From Malacoraja senta (Eukaryota), in assembly GCA_038087875.1 (NCBI GenBank), contig JAXLNO010000146.1, positions 124,001 to 188,000 of the forward strand: a stretch of 64,000 nucleotides of DNA. Reading direction: 5' to 3'. This document shows, in pieces, positions 25,411 through 38,783 of this stretch. The stretch's first letter is position 1, and every line of letters begins with the position of its first letter. The position numbers were made by a program, and so were the translations under genes. The notes under the pieces were generated by a model. It did no database searches, was not told where the DNA came from, and saw only the letters and a program-made list of their open reading frames with translations.

Positions 25411-26416
25411 TGAATGGGCGATCGTTCCACGTAGACCCGGTAGGCCGAAGTCACTGTTTCCATGCTGTTTCTTTAAAACATTTAACTCTTGGTTATGGAG
25501 TTAAATCAATGAAATATGTAATAAATGGAGGCACGGGAAATCCGAAAGGAAAATAGAATAAACCGGAAACTCTGAAAGAGAATCTGATAAAGGGTGTGTG
25601 ACGGGGCACATTCAAACGCTCTGCTGATTCTGCCTGATGTACGTGTTTCCAGTATTTTCGCAATGTATAATTCAACTTAATGAGGCAATAAAATCGCATC
25701 CCGATTTGAATAACGGTCTGCCCAGGTGTAGACGTATAAATCAACGTTTAAACTATATTTGGCTCAGATGAGTGGAATCCGCAGTTATCGACATAATGAG
25801 TAATGGAAGATGGCATTTGAATAGTTTGGTCCTTTACGTCTGCCGTCGAAAGAGGCTAAACATTGTTCAAATTTACAGCAATGACTTGAAAGCTGTGATT
25901 TGAGTACAGAAGATATTTACCAGAATGTTTCCTGAACTGGACTGCATTAGCTCCAAGAAGAAGCAGGACAAACTTGGATTGCTTCTTCTGGAATGCTGAA
26001 TATTGAATGGAGACCTCATATAAATGTGTAATATTATGAGATGCATAGATGATATAGACAATCAAAAACGTTTCCATTGTGGAACTGATTATAAAGGTTT
26101 CAGGCGAGAGGAACACATTTGAAAGGAATATATCCGGAAATATGTTTTTTTTAAATAATTCTCTTTATTTTGCATAATATAATAATAACATATTTATTTT
26201 ATAGCACAACAAACTTTAATGACAGTTATTCCGTTACCACGTAATCAGCAGGAGCTAACGTGATCTGACAAACATTGTTTGTTTAAATGAACGGCATTAA
26301 TCCCAATGAATTTCCCTTGATTAGACGTCATATGGTTTCTCTGGAAAATCAGCTACTTACTTTTCAAGCAAGCGACCAATCAGACCACTGACAGGAAACG
26401 TCGATCATCTCTGGGC

Positions 26417-28911
26417 ATGGAACTGCTCAAACAGGTAGATAACATTGTCTACCCTATCCTTGCCTTCATTGGCGTAAGCCTTTTATTATTTTTAGCCGAT
26501 GTACCTACGTATAGCCTTTACTGTTAAAATATGCTTGCTGTGACCTATTGCCCGAGTTACTGATACAATTGTTCACACCGAAAACACAATCCTCACAATC
26601 CTATCTACTGACAATAGATCCTTTGCCATTTAGACGGGCACGTGGACAGGCAGTGATCGTAAGATATGGACCACCTTTAAACGTGAGTTTTGTTTCAATT
26701 AGCATTACGTGTGGTCTAAACATTGTAGATGGAAGGACGTGTTGTGCTCACTGACTTATTTTAGACATACAGCATGGGAGCTAACCCTTTGGCCAAGGAG
26801 TCCACGTCGACCATCGATCACGCGTTCAGACTTATTCCATGTTAGCGCATTTTCCCATTCACTCGCCACGCATTAGCGGCAAATTTACAGACATCATTTA
26901 CCTATAAACCACTACATCTTTGGGACATGGGATAAATCTGGAGCGCCCGGAGAAACCCACTGGCAAAATATGCAAGGTACATCCAGTCTATGCCGGTGTT
27001 CGCAGTTCGGTATTGTATGTTTTATGTGAATGTTCTAGACCTGTTCCACGAGCGGAACCGACTTTAAACATGTCGATCGTGACGAGCAATTGATCTGTGG
27101 ATTGCGAATAATTTTGGGCGCAAGTCCTCGGCTGGAAAGACGGATCTATCTTCATGCGATAGTGCGAATGGATTACATAAGTCAGACCATTACGTTCCGG
27201 GGGGTGGGAGATAAAAATCAATAAACTATGAATTTATTTTGACATTGTCTCCCAATGAGAAGCAGGCGAGATCCTACACGGCTCCTCTACTGGCGCGCCT
27301 AGTATTCACGTGTTCTGTCGGTCGTCCATTGTATTAACAGGTACCCGTTGCGGTTGTGCGACACCAATGTGTAGGTGGTCCGGACTTTTCTGAATCCAGT
27401 AGTGGCATTAAATTAACAAGATTGTATTTGTTATTCATCGCCAAACCAAACATCAATGACATCTAATGCGGCGAATTCTGCTCCAGCGATATAGATGGTG
27501 ACAAGTACGATTAATCTCTTCTATGTCGCTTAGAAAACATAATAGGATTCAACCACTGATTTTCCTTTTGATACGTATTTTCCAAATTCACCAAGGATTC
27601 CAGAAAAAAAATCGATGCGTTACCGTTAACCTGCTGGGAAAGGTAAACAGCGAGCAACATTTCGCAAGTCAAAGGAAACTGGACACTGAGCCGCAGTGTG
27701 GCGCAGATCGTAGAGCTGCTGCCTCACAGCGCAGGAGACCGCGTTCGATACTGACCTCTTGTGCTAACTGTGTGAAGTTTGCGTGTTCTTCCTGTGAGCA
27801 CGTGTGTTCACCCGGTGCTTCAGTATGCCATGTGACTGTAAATCCAGTTATGACATTGGCCGCAGGATTCTGTTCATTATTACTTCCCAAAATTCATCAA
27901 TATCATTTTCCTTTCAATGCTCAAGATGTGCGGGCGACACGAGGAAAAGGAGCAGCTTTCCAAATCAGTAAAACGATTCACTTTCATACGAAGTATTGTG
28001 AGAGTAATATTCTCCTTGAACAATAAATTATAGTTGTTTTAATTTTAATTTCATCTTTTCTACAGCGGATCTGTTTACAATCGTTATCCTCTCCAGGAGA
28101 AAGTGTGGTCTCTGCAAATGTATCCCCCTCTATCTGGCATCCATGGCCGTACCTGATTTAATGGTTCTGATATTCGAGGTAATTCTCTCAGAGATTACTA
28201 TTTCCGTTTTCATTCCTCAACCGTTCTCACATTTGTAAGCTGCCTATTTTCTTGAATTGTATTTTCATAGATTGCTCTGTCTGGCTAACAGTGACTTTCA
28301 CGTTCGATCAATTTGTCACTATTTGCAATCTGAATTTACGAGCAGAATATTGCACCGAGAAAACTGCGGCTTTGGTTATAGCACTGACGTGTATCTTGAG
28401 TATTATTCATAATATTCCAGTAAATATTTCCCTGGTACCTCTACATCTGTTGACAACGTAGCTTGGTACTGTTGGACAACATCAGAACCCCATTTGCACC
28501 AATTCTACTGATCATGCTCCTCAACACCATGACAATAAGACACATTGTACACGCCAATAGAGGGAGGAGCATTCTCCGAGGGAGCAAACATACCCAGACC
28601 GGCGCAGATATCGAGGTGGAAAATAAAATGAAGTGCGTCGTTCTGTTGCTGGCCAAAATAGCTTCGTACTAGTTTGGATGGTGACATTCATGTGCTTCCT
28701 GAGTGCATACTTCCTGGACGTTCACATTTTAGGATCAGATTACGACGATCCATTTACCATTGCAGAACAGTCCGGATATATGCCGAAAGCTCTGAGTTCC
28801 TGCTCCAACACGATTATTTATGTGGTGTACCTGAAAAATTTCAGGGATTAATTAAAATATGTGATTAAGAGCCCATTTGTTTTCTTATCCAATTCAATAA
28901 AGTGTTTTTAA
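26417..28911 (+). pseudogene. GPR139-like GPCR copy 3, decayed (exon 1 26417-26473, exon 2 28066-28911)
   Basis: Exon 1 has small deletions that alter splice phase. Exon 2 is split over several frames (ORF pieces 28252-28461, 28463-28672, 28633-28851), DRF is DQF, and part of ECL2/TM5 is deleted. Confidence 0.88.
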
Positions 28912-29709
28912 TGTCACGATGAAACAGATAATTATTTTCCAAATTACCTCGTGTTCTAGGTTACATTATTGCATCTAACGTTCCGAGATACCATTCGCAC
29001 CATCGAGTCAATACCGACCGTCATGGTAATCCTTGTAGCACCTTTGCCCTTCGCACGCCTATTCAATTTATCCAATTACATGCCACTCAAACGCCCACAA
29101 ACGCCCCAGCGGTTTATGACCAAATCATGGAGGCCATTAACTCCGTCAACCGATTTGCTTCTTTGGGACGTGGACGGGATGTGGAGACCACGAGATAAAT
29201 CCCCGCGGTGGCAGTAAGATAAATGCGAAATCCACACAGTATCAGTGAACAGAATCAGAAGAAGGGGTCAGCAGATACATTATCTTCAATAGATAGACAC
29301 ACAATGCTGGAGTAACTCGGTGGGACAGGCATCATCTCTGAAAAGAAGGAACGGGTGACGTTTCGGATCGAGGCCCTTCTTCAGACGAGCAGAAATTGAT
29401 TTTAGAAAAAGGACACATGTGGTGGAGTAAATCAGCAGGTCAGGCAGCATCTCTTGGGAACAGGGATGGGGGATGTAAAACAAGGATCTTCATGTGTTGG
29501 TTTATGCCGAAGATAGAGACGAAACGCGGAGTAAATCGTCTTTGGAGAACATGGATCGGCGACTTATTGGATCGGGACCCTTCTTCAGACTAAATAAGGT
29601 TTCCAACCCGAAACAGCACCAGACCACGTTCTCCAGGAATGATGCCTGATTCCCGGAGTTACACAGCATTATGTGTCTTTGTTACCTTTTGGGTCGATAC
29701 AGTAAAGAC

Positions 29710-30690
29710 CTGTGTGCCTTTTCTGGACCTTTTTATTTCCAACTGCCGGCGCGACATCAACTGCCTTGAAATCTCTACCCAACTTACCGATCTCACCCCT
29801 TCTGAACGCAGAGCCCTCCCCTCTCGCAGCAAAAATCCAGACATTGTTAGTAAACCCACCAACAAGGGATATGACATTGTAATCTGGCGGGCTGACCTCT
29901 ACCCACTGAGGTAAGAGATCAGCTCTCGCACACCTCCTCATACTTACACATCGACCATGATCCCACGGACGCACACTAGGCCATCACCTCCCAGGCTGTT
30001 TCTGATCACAGCGCCTCCGGCGATCTCCCCTCCACAACCACTATCCTCATCGTTCCCCGGCCCCACGCTGTCCGCTTCTACCTCCTCCCCAAAATCCACA
30101 AAGCAGACAGCAATGGCAGACCCATTGTCACTGCTTTCTGCTGCCCCTTTGAACCCATCTCTACATACGTCCATTCCATTTCATCCCTCGTCTTGAGCTA
30201 CTTCACACCTCCGTCAACCACAACTAACTCGCCATTCATCTCTTTAATAACATTAGCTATCGAGGCACCATTGCGTCATTCTCACCATGGTCGTTCAATT
30301 CCATCACATCTCTCTCCTGCTCAGAGTTTCAAGGCACTCCGCTTCTTCCTCGAATAGAGACACATTCAATGCCCCTTTACTAACACTCTTCTCCGCCGGC
30401 GCAATATCTCCTTGCCCGGAACAACTTATCTTTAGACTATTCTCACTTTCACCAAGTTAAAGGTAAAGCTACGTGGTCCCGAATGAACACTGGATATGCA
30501 TGCATTTTGGTCGGGTACATCGAACAATCCTTGTTCCAGGTGTACATTGGCCCTTTCCTCCGTCTTTCACCGCCACATCCACGACTGCATCGGGGCTGCC
30601 TCCTGCATCAGTGATGTATTAGTTCATTTAATTTCCTTAAACACTAACGTCCACTTTGCCTCCAAATTCACGAGGACAATCCCTCCCACC
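29710..30690 (+). mobile_element. Degenerate Penelope-like RT remnant
   Basis: NCRRDIN, DIVSKPTNKG, FYLLPKIHK peptides; homologous to 51750-53950. Confidence 0.7.
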
Positions 30691-30989
30691 ACCCCGAGTG
30701 CCGATGAAATAATTTCAATTTCTTGATTGAAGCATTTTTGGAAACTGCTCAATGTTTAGTTTAGTTGGACAGTTTCGCTCATTCACGGTGTTGCAGGCTC
30801 AGAGAGTTGGAAATAGCTGTCCATTCATCTAATCACCGCCGTCTGACAGAATGTATGAGCGCACCTGAAACATTCACAGGTGGGTACCGGTCTAATTCAA
30901 CACTCTGCCATTGACTTGCAGGCGAGAATATTTCCAGATTGCAAAGCACAATACTAGCCTCTGTATTGCACAACTATATATGGAGGTCG

Positions 30990-31900
30990 CTACCGCTGTG
31001 GACACAAAATGCCGGAGTAACTCAGCGGGTGAGGCAGCATCTATGAAGAGAAGGAATTGTCGACGTTTCGGGTCGAGACCCTTCTTCAGACTAATATCAG
31101 GGGAGGGGGCTGGACAAAGAGAGAATGTAGGCGGAGACAGTAAGACTAGTGGGAGAACTGGGAAGGGGGAGGGGATGGAAAGAGAAAACAAGGGCTACCT
31201 GAAGATTGAGAAGTCAATGTTCATACAGTTGGGTGTAACCCAAGCGAAATATGAGGTGCTGTTCCTCCAATTTGGGTGGGCCTCACTCTGACCATGGAGG
31301 AGGCCCAGAACAGAAAGGTCAGATTGGGAATGGAAGGGGGTGTTGATGTGCTGGGCCATCAGGAGATCAGCTTGGTTAAGACGGACTGAGTGGAGGTGTT
31401 CAGCGAAATGATCGCCGATCCCGCGCTTGGTCTCGCCGATATAGAGAATTTGACACCAGAAACAGCGGATGCAATATATAAGGTTGGAGGAGGTGCAGGT
31501 GAACCACTGCATCACCTGGAAAGACTGTTTGGGTCCTTGGATGGAGTCGAGGGGGAAGGTTAAGGGACAGGTGGTGCATCTCCTGCGGTTGCAGGGGAAT
31601 TACCAGGGGACGGGGTAGTTTGGGTGAGAAGGGACGAGTTGACCAAGCAGTTACGGGGGGAACGGTCTCTGCGAAAAGCTGAAAGCGGTGGAGATTGGAA
31701 GACGTGGCCAGTAGTGGGATCCCTTTGGAGGTGTAGAAATGTTGGAGGAGTATTTGCTGTATGCGACGGCTGATGGGGTGGAAGGTGAGGACAAGGGGGC
31801 TCTGTCATTGTTACGAGTGGCGGGTGGGGGAGTAAGAGCGGAGCTGCGGGATATCGGGGAGACCCCAGTGAGAGCCTCATCTATAATAGAAGAGGGGAAT
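30990..31900 (-). mobile_element. Penelope-like element 3' part with GIY-YIG endonuclease and hammerhead motif
   Basis: FTCTSSNLIYCIRC..C.ILYIGETKR..DHFAEH peptide; CTGAAGAAGGGTCTCGACCCGAAACGTC at 31089-31062. Confidence 0.85.
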
Positions 31901-31939
31901 TATTCTGCATTATTGAAGCTGATTGGGCATGTTCCTACT

Positions 31940-32760
31940 TAAGTCAATATCTATCTCTTTCATCCTGCTGGCATAGAGGTAGACATCGGTTGTAAGTTTG
32001 CAGATAAAGCAAATATTGCTGGAAAGGGGGAAAGGCTGTCAAACTACACAGGGGATGTAGGTCAGCTGTAGAAATAGGCGGGAAAATGGCAGATGGAGAT
32101 AAATCCCAGTACCTGGGAGGTGTTGCATTTGGGGAGTTCAATGTAAGACGAAGCTATAAGGTTGACAACAGGACCCGTAACAACACGAAGGTGCAGAACG
32201 ATGTTAGTGTCCAGATCCATAGCTCCCCAAAGGTTGCACCACAAGCAGAAAGAATGGTAAAGGAGGCGTATGGAATCCCTGCCTTCATTGGGCGGGCTTT
32301 GATTGTGAATGTCACGAAGTCATGATGCAGTTCTCCACACTTTCGTTAGGACTCACTTGGAGCGTTGTGAGCTGTTCTAGCCGCCCGCTAATAGCAATGA
32401 GGCGGAGGCTTTGTAGTGGAGCGAAATTTTCAATTGAATTGTATTAGTTACAAGGAGAACATGGACAAACCTGGATCGTTTTTTTCCATTATGACGAAGG
32501 TTGAAGTGAGACCTGATATAAATATATTATATTATGAGAGGCATAGATGAGATAGACAGTCAGAGACGTTTTCATTGCTGGGATGGACTAGAGGGCATAT
32601 ATTCAAGGTGAGAGTCTCAACGTTTAAAGGAGGTACACAGGCACGCTTTTATTATTTGCAGGAAATGGAACGGGCTGCCAGGAATGGTGGTGGAAACAGA
32701 TGTGAGAATGCGGTGCAAGAGGCTTTTAGATTGGCACATGGATATGCGTGGATAATTCAA
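31940..32760 (+). mobile_element. Old CR1 3' remnant upstream of copy 4 (homologous to ~44540-45335)
   Basis: Degenerate CR1 RT C-terminal sequence shared between duplication units. Confidence 0.6.
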
Positions 32761-34894
32761 CATTACCTTGCTGCAGGAAGCAGAGAATGCGAATATACTA
32801 ACAAATATATGTTCGGACATAATTATCTCTATTTTATGCAATAGAATAACGTAATATCTATTTTATAGAACAACCGACATTGCTGGCAGTTATTACACAA
32901 TAACATACTTAGCAGCCTCTAACGTGAGGATGCTAAATTTGTTTGTTTAAGTGACTGACACTAATCCCAATGAATTTGCCTTGATTAGTATTCATAGGTT
33001 TTCTCTGGAAAATATGCAGGTAACTTTAACAACTTTAAAAGCCTGTCAGACCACTGGCAGGAAACGTCGATTATCTCTGGACATGGAACTGCCGGTACTC
33101 AAACAAGTAGAGAACATCTTCTACCCTATCCTTGTCATCATTGGTGTTCCTGGTAAACGCTTTATTATTCTGTACCTATGTTTCGCCGTCTAGCCTTTAC
33201 TGTTAAAAATGTCTGTGTTATTACTTATTGCTTGAGTTACTGATCCAATTATTGTCACCGAAAATGTAAACTACACAATCGAATCAATTGCCAATAGATC
33301 CAGCATCGTTTAGACAGGCAGATGGACAAGCAGAGATCGGAGGATATAGACATATGTAAAAGTGAGCTTTGTTTAAATTGGCGTTACATTTGGTATAGAC
33401 CTTGTAGTTTGAAGCACCTGCCCCTGTGCTGTACCCACAATACTTTAAAGATACAGTATGGAAGCAGACTCGTTGGCCACCGAGTCCACACCGATCATGA
33501 ATTACCCCTTTACACCATTTCAATGTTATCCCACATTCTCGTTCACTCCTTACACACTATGGGACATTTTACAGAGGCCAGTTAATCTACAAACCCGCAC
33601 GTCATTCGGATGTGGGAGGAATCCGGAGAACCCGGAGGAAACCAACGTGGAGACAGGCAGAACGTTCCTGGATCACTCATACAGGATTGGACTGTGCTGA
33701 TACTATTGTGTATGTCCTATCGGTGCTCTTTGCTCTGTGATCGGGAAAAAAGCTTTCATATTATCGATAGGGATGAGCAATTACTCCGTCGATTGTCAAT
33801 AATATAGGGCGCGTGTCCTAGGTTGGAAAATCGGGTATATTTCGTGCGTCAGTGGGATTGGATTGGCTAAATTAGGCACGCGTTATGTTGCGGAGGCTGT
33901 GTAATAGAAAAAAAAACAAGAAACCATCATTTTGTTATAACTTTTCCTCCAAAGGAGAATCTGACGTGCTCCTGCCACGGCACAGCTGCTTGTGCGCCTC
34001 ATATTCACCGGTTATGTCCGTCGCATAATGAATTAACAGGTGTATACAGATGTGCGATACCAATTTGTAGTTGGTGCGGACGCATCTTACTCCATCAACG
34101 GTGTGGAAAAAAACTGTAATTATTATTAATCGCCAAATCGAAGTGGACTGATGACGCATGCGGTGAATGCTGCCCTTAACGATATGAAGGGCGGCAAGTT
34201 CAGTCAATCTGGTCTGTGTCGCGTCCAACTGTAATCGGTGTTTCCTTTGACGAGCTCTTCTCAATTTCCCCAACGTTTCAGCAATGAGCCGATGCCGGAG
34301 CGAAAACATGTGGATAAGTAACCTACCAGCCTGCAGTATACGAGACGATACGATCAAACTTTATGCATCCCCAGAGGGAAATTGGTCTGCCGACAGTCAC
34401 AACACACAAGGTAAACAGAAACTTGACATTTAAAGTGAAAACAAAAATAAAAAGACAAGCGAGTGTTTGCTGGCTGCCGTGTACACAGTACATTCACCGG
34501 AACAAATTAACAAACACACACAGACTTATCCCCTGGGCAGAGGATTCTGAACTAGAGTCCCCCCCCCCCATACACCGGGTCCCCCTTTGTTCTCCCACCG
34601 TCCCTCACGGCGGTCCCCCCACGCTGGGTCCTCTGTTGTTCTTCACGTTGGTCCCCGCACGCCGGGTCCACATTGTCACCCCCTCCCCCACCCCCTCATG
34701 CTCATAGACCGCTGATCGCGGGTCGACCGCGAGGTCATTCCTCCACCGATGCTCCCGTTGCCGCCGAGGCCCCCGCTGCCCCCGAGGCTATTTCGCACGT
34801 AGAAGGACAACGGAGCACCTGGCTGCACATTAGCGGAGCTCGGAGTGTTGCTGCCTTCCAGCACCGGAGACATGTTTTGACAGAGAAATATCGA

Positions 34895-35310
34895 AACATA
34901 GAAAATAGGTGCAGGAGTTGGGCATTCTGCCCCTCGAGCCAGCACTGCCATTCAATATGATCATGGCTGATCATCTAAATCAGAACCCCATTCCTGCTTT
35001 TTTTCCATGTCCCATGGTTCTGTTAGCCCTAAGAGCTAAATCTTACGCTTTCTGGAAAACATCTTTCACTGCCTTTTGTGGCAGAGAATTCCACAGAACA
35101 CAACTCTCATGGGTGAAAATGTCCCCCCCCCCCATCTCAGTCCTATATAGCCTACCCCTTATTCTTAAACGCTGATCCCTGGACTCCCCCAACATCGGGA
35201 ACATTTTTCCTGCATCGAGCCTGCCCAATCCCTTAAGAATATTATTTGTTTGTATAAGAAACCCTCTCATCCTACTAAATTCCAGTGAATACAAGCCCAG
35301 TCGACACATT
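34895..35310 (-). mobile_element. CR1 3' fragment in the intron of copy 4
   Basis: RLGLYSLEFSRMRG..LDAGKMFPMLGESR peptide and CR1 3'UTR. Confidence 0.8.
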
Positions 35311-36279
35311 ATTTCGACCTAGGGACGCTTCTTGAGTGGATTTTTCACGTGCTCCTTGTTGATTGCGTTGATGCAAAAGTCAGCTCTGGCTTCTTCCATA
35401 TCCCAAAGATCCGGGCGCTCTAGATTCCTCTCACAACCCGTCCTGCATCGTCCGGTATCTGGATTCTGCAATTTGCTTCTAGTTTGCAGGGAATGGATGC
35501 GAATGTTGGGTAACATTGAACTAGTGTGAATGGGTGATAGATGACCGGCACGACTCGGTGTGCCGGGCGCTGTTAACATGCTGCACAAATCAATCAATCC
35601 ATCAAGCAATGATCCAGGGAGAACATACGCCCGCACAGGGAGAAGGTGCAAACAGCACCAGTGAGCAGTATCGATCCTAGTTCGTTGGGGCTGTCAGGCA
35701 GCAGTGCTCCTGCTGTCCATTTGCCTTGAGGGAAAGGGTCGATAAAATTCGAACGCCTTATAAAGCAAGTGCGATATGAAATATAGTTTACCAGAGGCGT
35801 GAATTGGATGCAGTATTTGCATTCATATCTATCGCGAAACCAATCTGCGACTGGTTGTGAGGAAGGTACGTCTGCCAACGACACATACCGTAGACTCGCT
35901 GCGATTTACTTCTATATCCAATATATTCGACCTGCTTTGACTACAGAATGCTTCTTGTTTTAAAGTTGATGCTACGACCTGCCTGCACATAGAAGGTTTT
36001 ACGATAAGGTATGGCGCTGGACAGTGATATGCAAGTTAGCCTATATTCTTTGCTCTCCACGTTCCTCCGTGAACGAGAGAATAGCCGTCACAATTAATTT
36101 GAATCAACCATACCCATCAGAAATTAAAAACCTTTCTTCGATGCAGCGTGGGTTTGTTTATGCAGTCATTTCATTTTCCGCAGTTCTGTTCATTATTAGT
36201 TTCCGAACTGCAACTTCCGGGTATTCATTCAATAATCAGAGATGTGTAGGCGACACTTGTAAAATGAGCGTGTTATATA

Positions 36280-36412
36280 TTCCAGTCTGAGGAAGGGGCT
36301 CGATCCGAAACGTCACCTATCCTTCGCTCCATAGATGCTGCCTCGCCCGCTGAGTTTCTCCAACATTTTTTATCTACCTTCGATTTTTCCAGCATCTGCA
36401 GTTCCTTCTTAA
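36280..36412 (+). mobile_element. Penelope terminal fragment with hammerhead motif, in the intron of copy 4
   Basis: CTGAGGAAGGGGCTCGATCCGAAACGTC at 36287-36314; absent from paralogous introns. Confidence 0.7.
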
Positions 36413-38783
36413 ATATTAAAATACTCCATTTACTTTCGTTCGAACAACTGTGAAACTGATGTTCTCCTGGAAAAATGAATGTTGGTGATTTTAGTTTCGT
36501 ATTTCCCACAGCTATCCTGATGGCGATCACCTTTCTCTCCCGGGGAAAGAGTGGTCTCTCCAGATGTATAACCCTCTATCTGGTATCCATGGCCGTAGCT
36601 GATTGAATGGTTCTGATCTTCGAGGTAATTCTATGCGAGTTGTCAGTTGCCTATTTTCAGATTATAGAAAATAAACAATAGACAATATGTGCAGGAGTAG
36701 GCGAGCCCGCACCGCCGTTCAATGTGATCATGGCTGATCATCCCAAATCAGTACCACGTTCCTGCCTTCTCCCCATATCCCCTGACTCCGCTATTTTTAA
36801 GAGCCCTATCTAGCTCTCTATCTAGCTATTACCTATCTTGCTATTACCTTCCTCTACATAACTCACATGTGTAAACTGCATTTTGTAAATGTATTTTCAT
36901 AGATTGCTCTGTCTGACTAACGGTGGCTTTCACCTTCGATCGCTTTATCTCTATTTGTCATCAGAATTTACGAATAAAATATTGCTCTGAGAAAACTGCG
37001 GCTTTGGTGATAGCAGTGACGTGTATCTTAAGTATTACTCAAAATATCCCAGTGTATGTTTCCTACGTACCTCAAGACATGATTCACAACGTGGCTTGGT
37101 ATTGTGGCATAACCCCATAATTCTACACGTCACCGTTATGGGCAGCACTTTGGGTGATATAAACCATTTTGTCTCCATTTGCATCAATGTTACTGATTAT
37201 TCTCCTCAAAGACCTTACAATCCATCACATTATACACGCCAGTAGAGTGAAGAGCGGTATCCGAGGGAACAAAAAGGCCGAGAGCGGCGCAGATCAAGAG
37301 GTGGCGAAAAAAAGGAAGTCCATCATTCTATTTCTGGCCATATCCGGTAGGTTCGTACTACTTTGGATGGTGACCTTGGGATCAGATTTCAACGAACCAT
37401 TTACCATTGAAAAGCAGTCGGGTTACATATGTTGGGGGCTCTACGTGCTTGCACCAACACGTTCTTTTATGGAGTGTCTCAAAGCGAATTTAGGGAGGAA
37501 TTAAAAAATGTGATTAAGAGCCCATTCGTTTTCTTTTCCAATTTAATAAAGTTAATGTCTCGGTGAAACTGAAAATCCGATTCGAAATTACGTTGCCTTC
37601 TTCTTTATGTCATTGCATCCCACTGTCCGTGATACCTTTTGTACCAGCGAGTCATTGCCGTCTGTCAGAGTAATGTCTTTCGTCACTTTCCCCCTCCTCG
37701 CGCCCATTCAATTTATCTCTATAAATGCCATGTAAATGCTCACTGATTTTACAACAGTCCAGCTACCCCAGGGCGGTATCATACACGCCTTTACTCTGTC
37801 AACCGATTGCCTCTTTAAGAAGTGCACGGGAATTAGAGCGCCCGGGGGAAATTCCCGCAGTGGTCGGGATCATATGAAATCCACACAGCATCAGATGACA
37901 GGATCAGAAAGGCAGTCTGCAGATGCATCTTCTACAGGCAGATAAGGCGTGTTAACTGCAATATTTTGCACGACATAGCAATTATCAGGATATATACCTT
38001 GTTAGAATTGGATATAAAACTGATTCATCAACGGGTAAGTTGCTTACTTTAACACAATTACCTTCAGATGTTCGTTTACATAAATAAGTTACAATATGCT
38101 GGAGGTGCTCAGCCGGTCAGGCAGCATTTTGGAGAAAATAGGGAGCTGACGTAAGAACAAGGAACTGCAGAAGATGGTTTCTATCGAACATTGGCACAAA
38201 ATGTTGAAGTAATTCAGCGGATCAGGCAGCATCCCTCGACGACGTAGATGGGCGACTATTTGGGTCGGACACTTCTTCAAACTGAACAAGGTTTCCGAAC
38301 CGAAAAGTCGTGCTGATGATCCGCTGAGTTAATCCAGAATGTGTGTCTATCTACAGATAGGTGACGTTTCGGATCGGGACCCTTGTCAGACACAGTACAG
38401 TCCTGACATTCAGTGTGATCGCAAATAACCAATTTCCCTCTTACCAAGGTTGGCTCACAGCGCTAGATGCCCGGGTTCGATTCTGACAGGGACTACTGAC
38501 TGTATGCAGTTTGAATCCAGGTTTTCTCCCACATCAATCATGGCTGATCTCTGCCACCTAATACCATTGTCCTGCCTTCTCCCCATAGCTCTTGACACCC
38601 GTTCTAATCAAGAACATGTCTCTCTCTGCCTTTAGAATATCTACTGACTTGTCCTCCACAGCCCACTGTGGTAATGAGTTCCACAGTGTAACTACCCTCT
38701 GACTAATGATGTTCCTCCTCACCTTATTTCTAATCGAGCGCCTTAAATTCTGAGGCTATCACCTCTGGTCCTAGACTACCACC

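Larger units (their letters stand above)
33083..37555 (+). pseudogene. GPR139-like GPCR copy 4, decayed (exon 1 33083-33152, exon 2 36512-~37555)
   Basis: Intact exon 1 MELPVLKQVENIFYPILVIIGVP; exon 2 has TGA at 36604-36606, a CR1 3' tail inserted at ~36664-36820, further stops and a TM6-ECL3 deletion. Confidence 0.88.
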
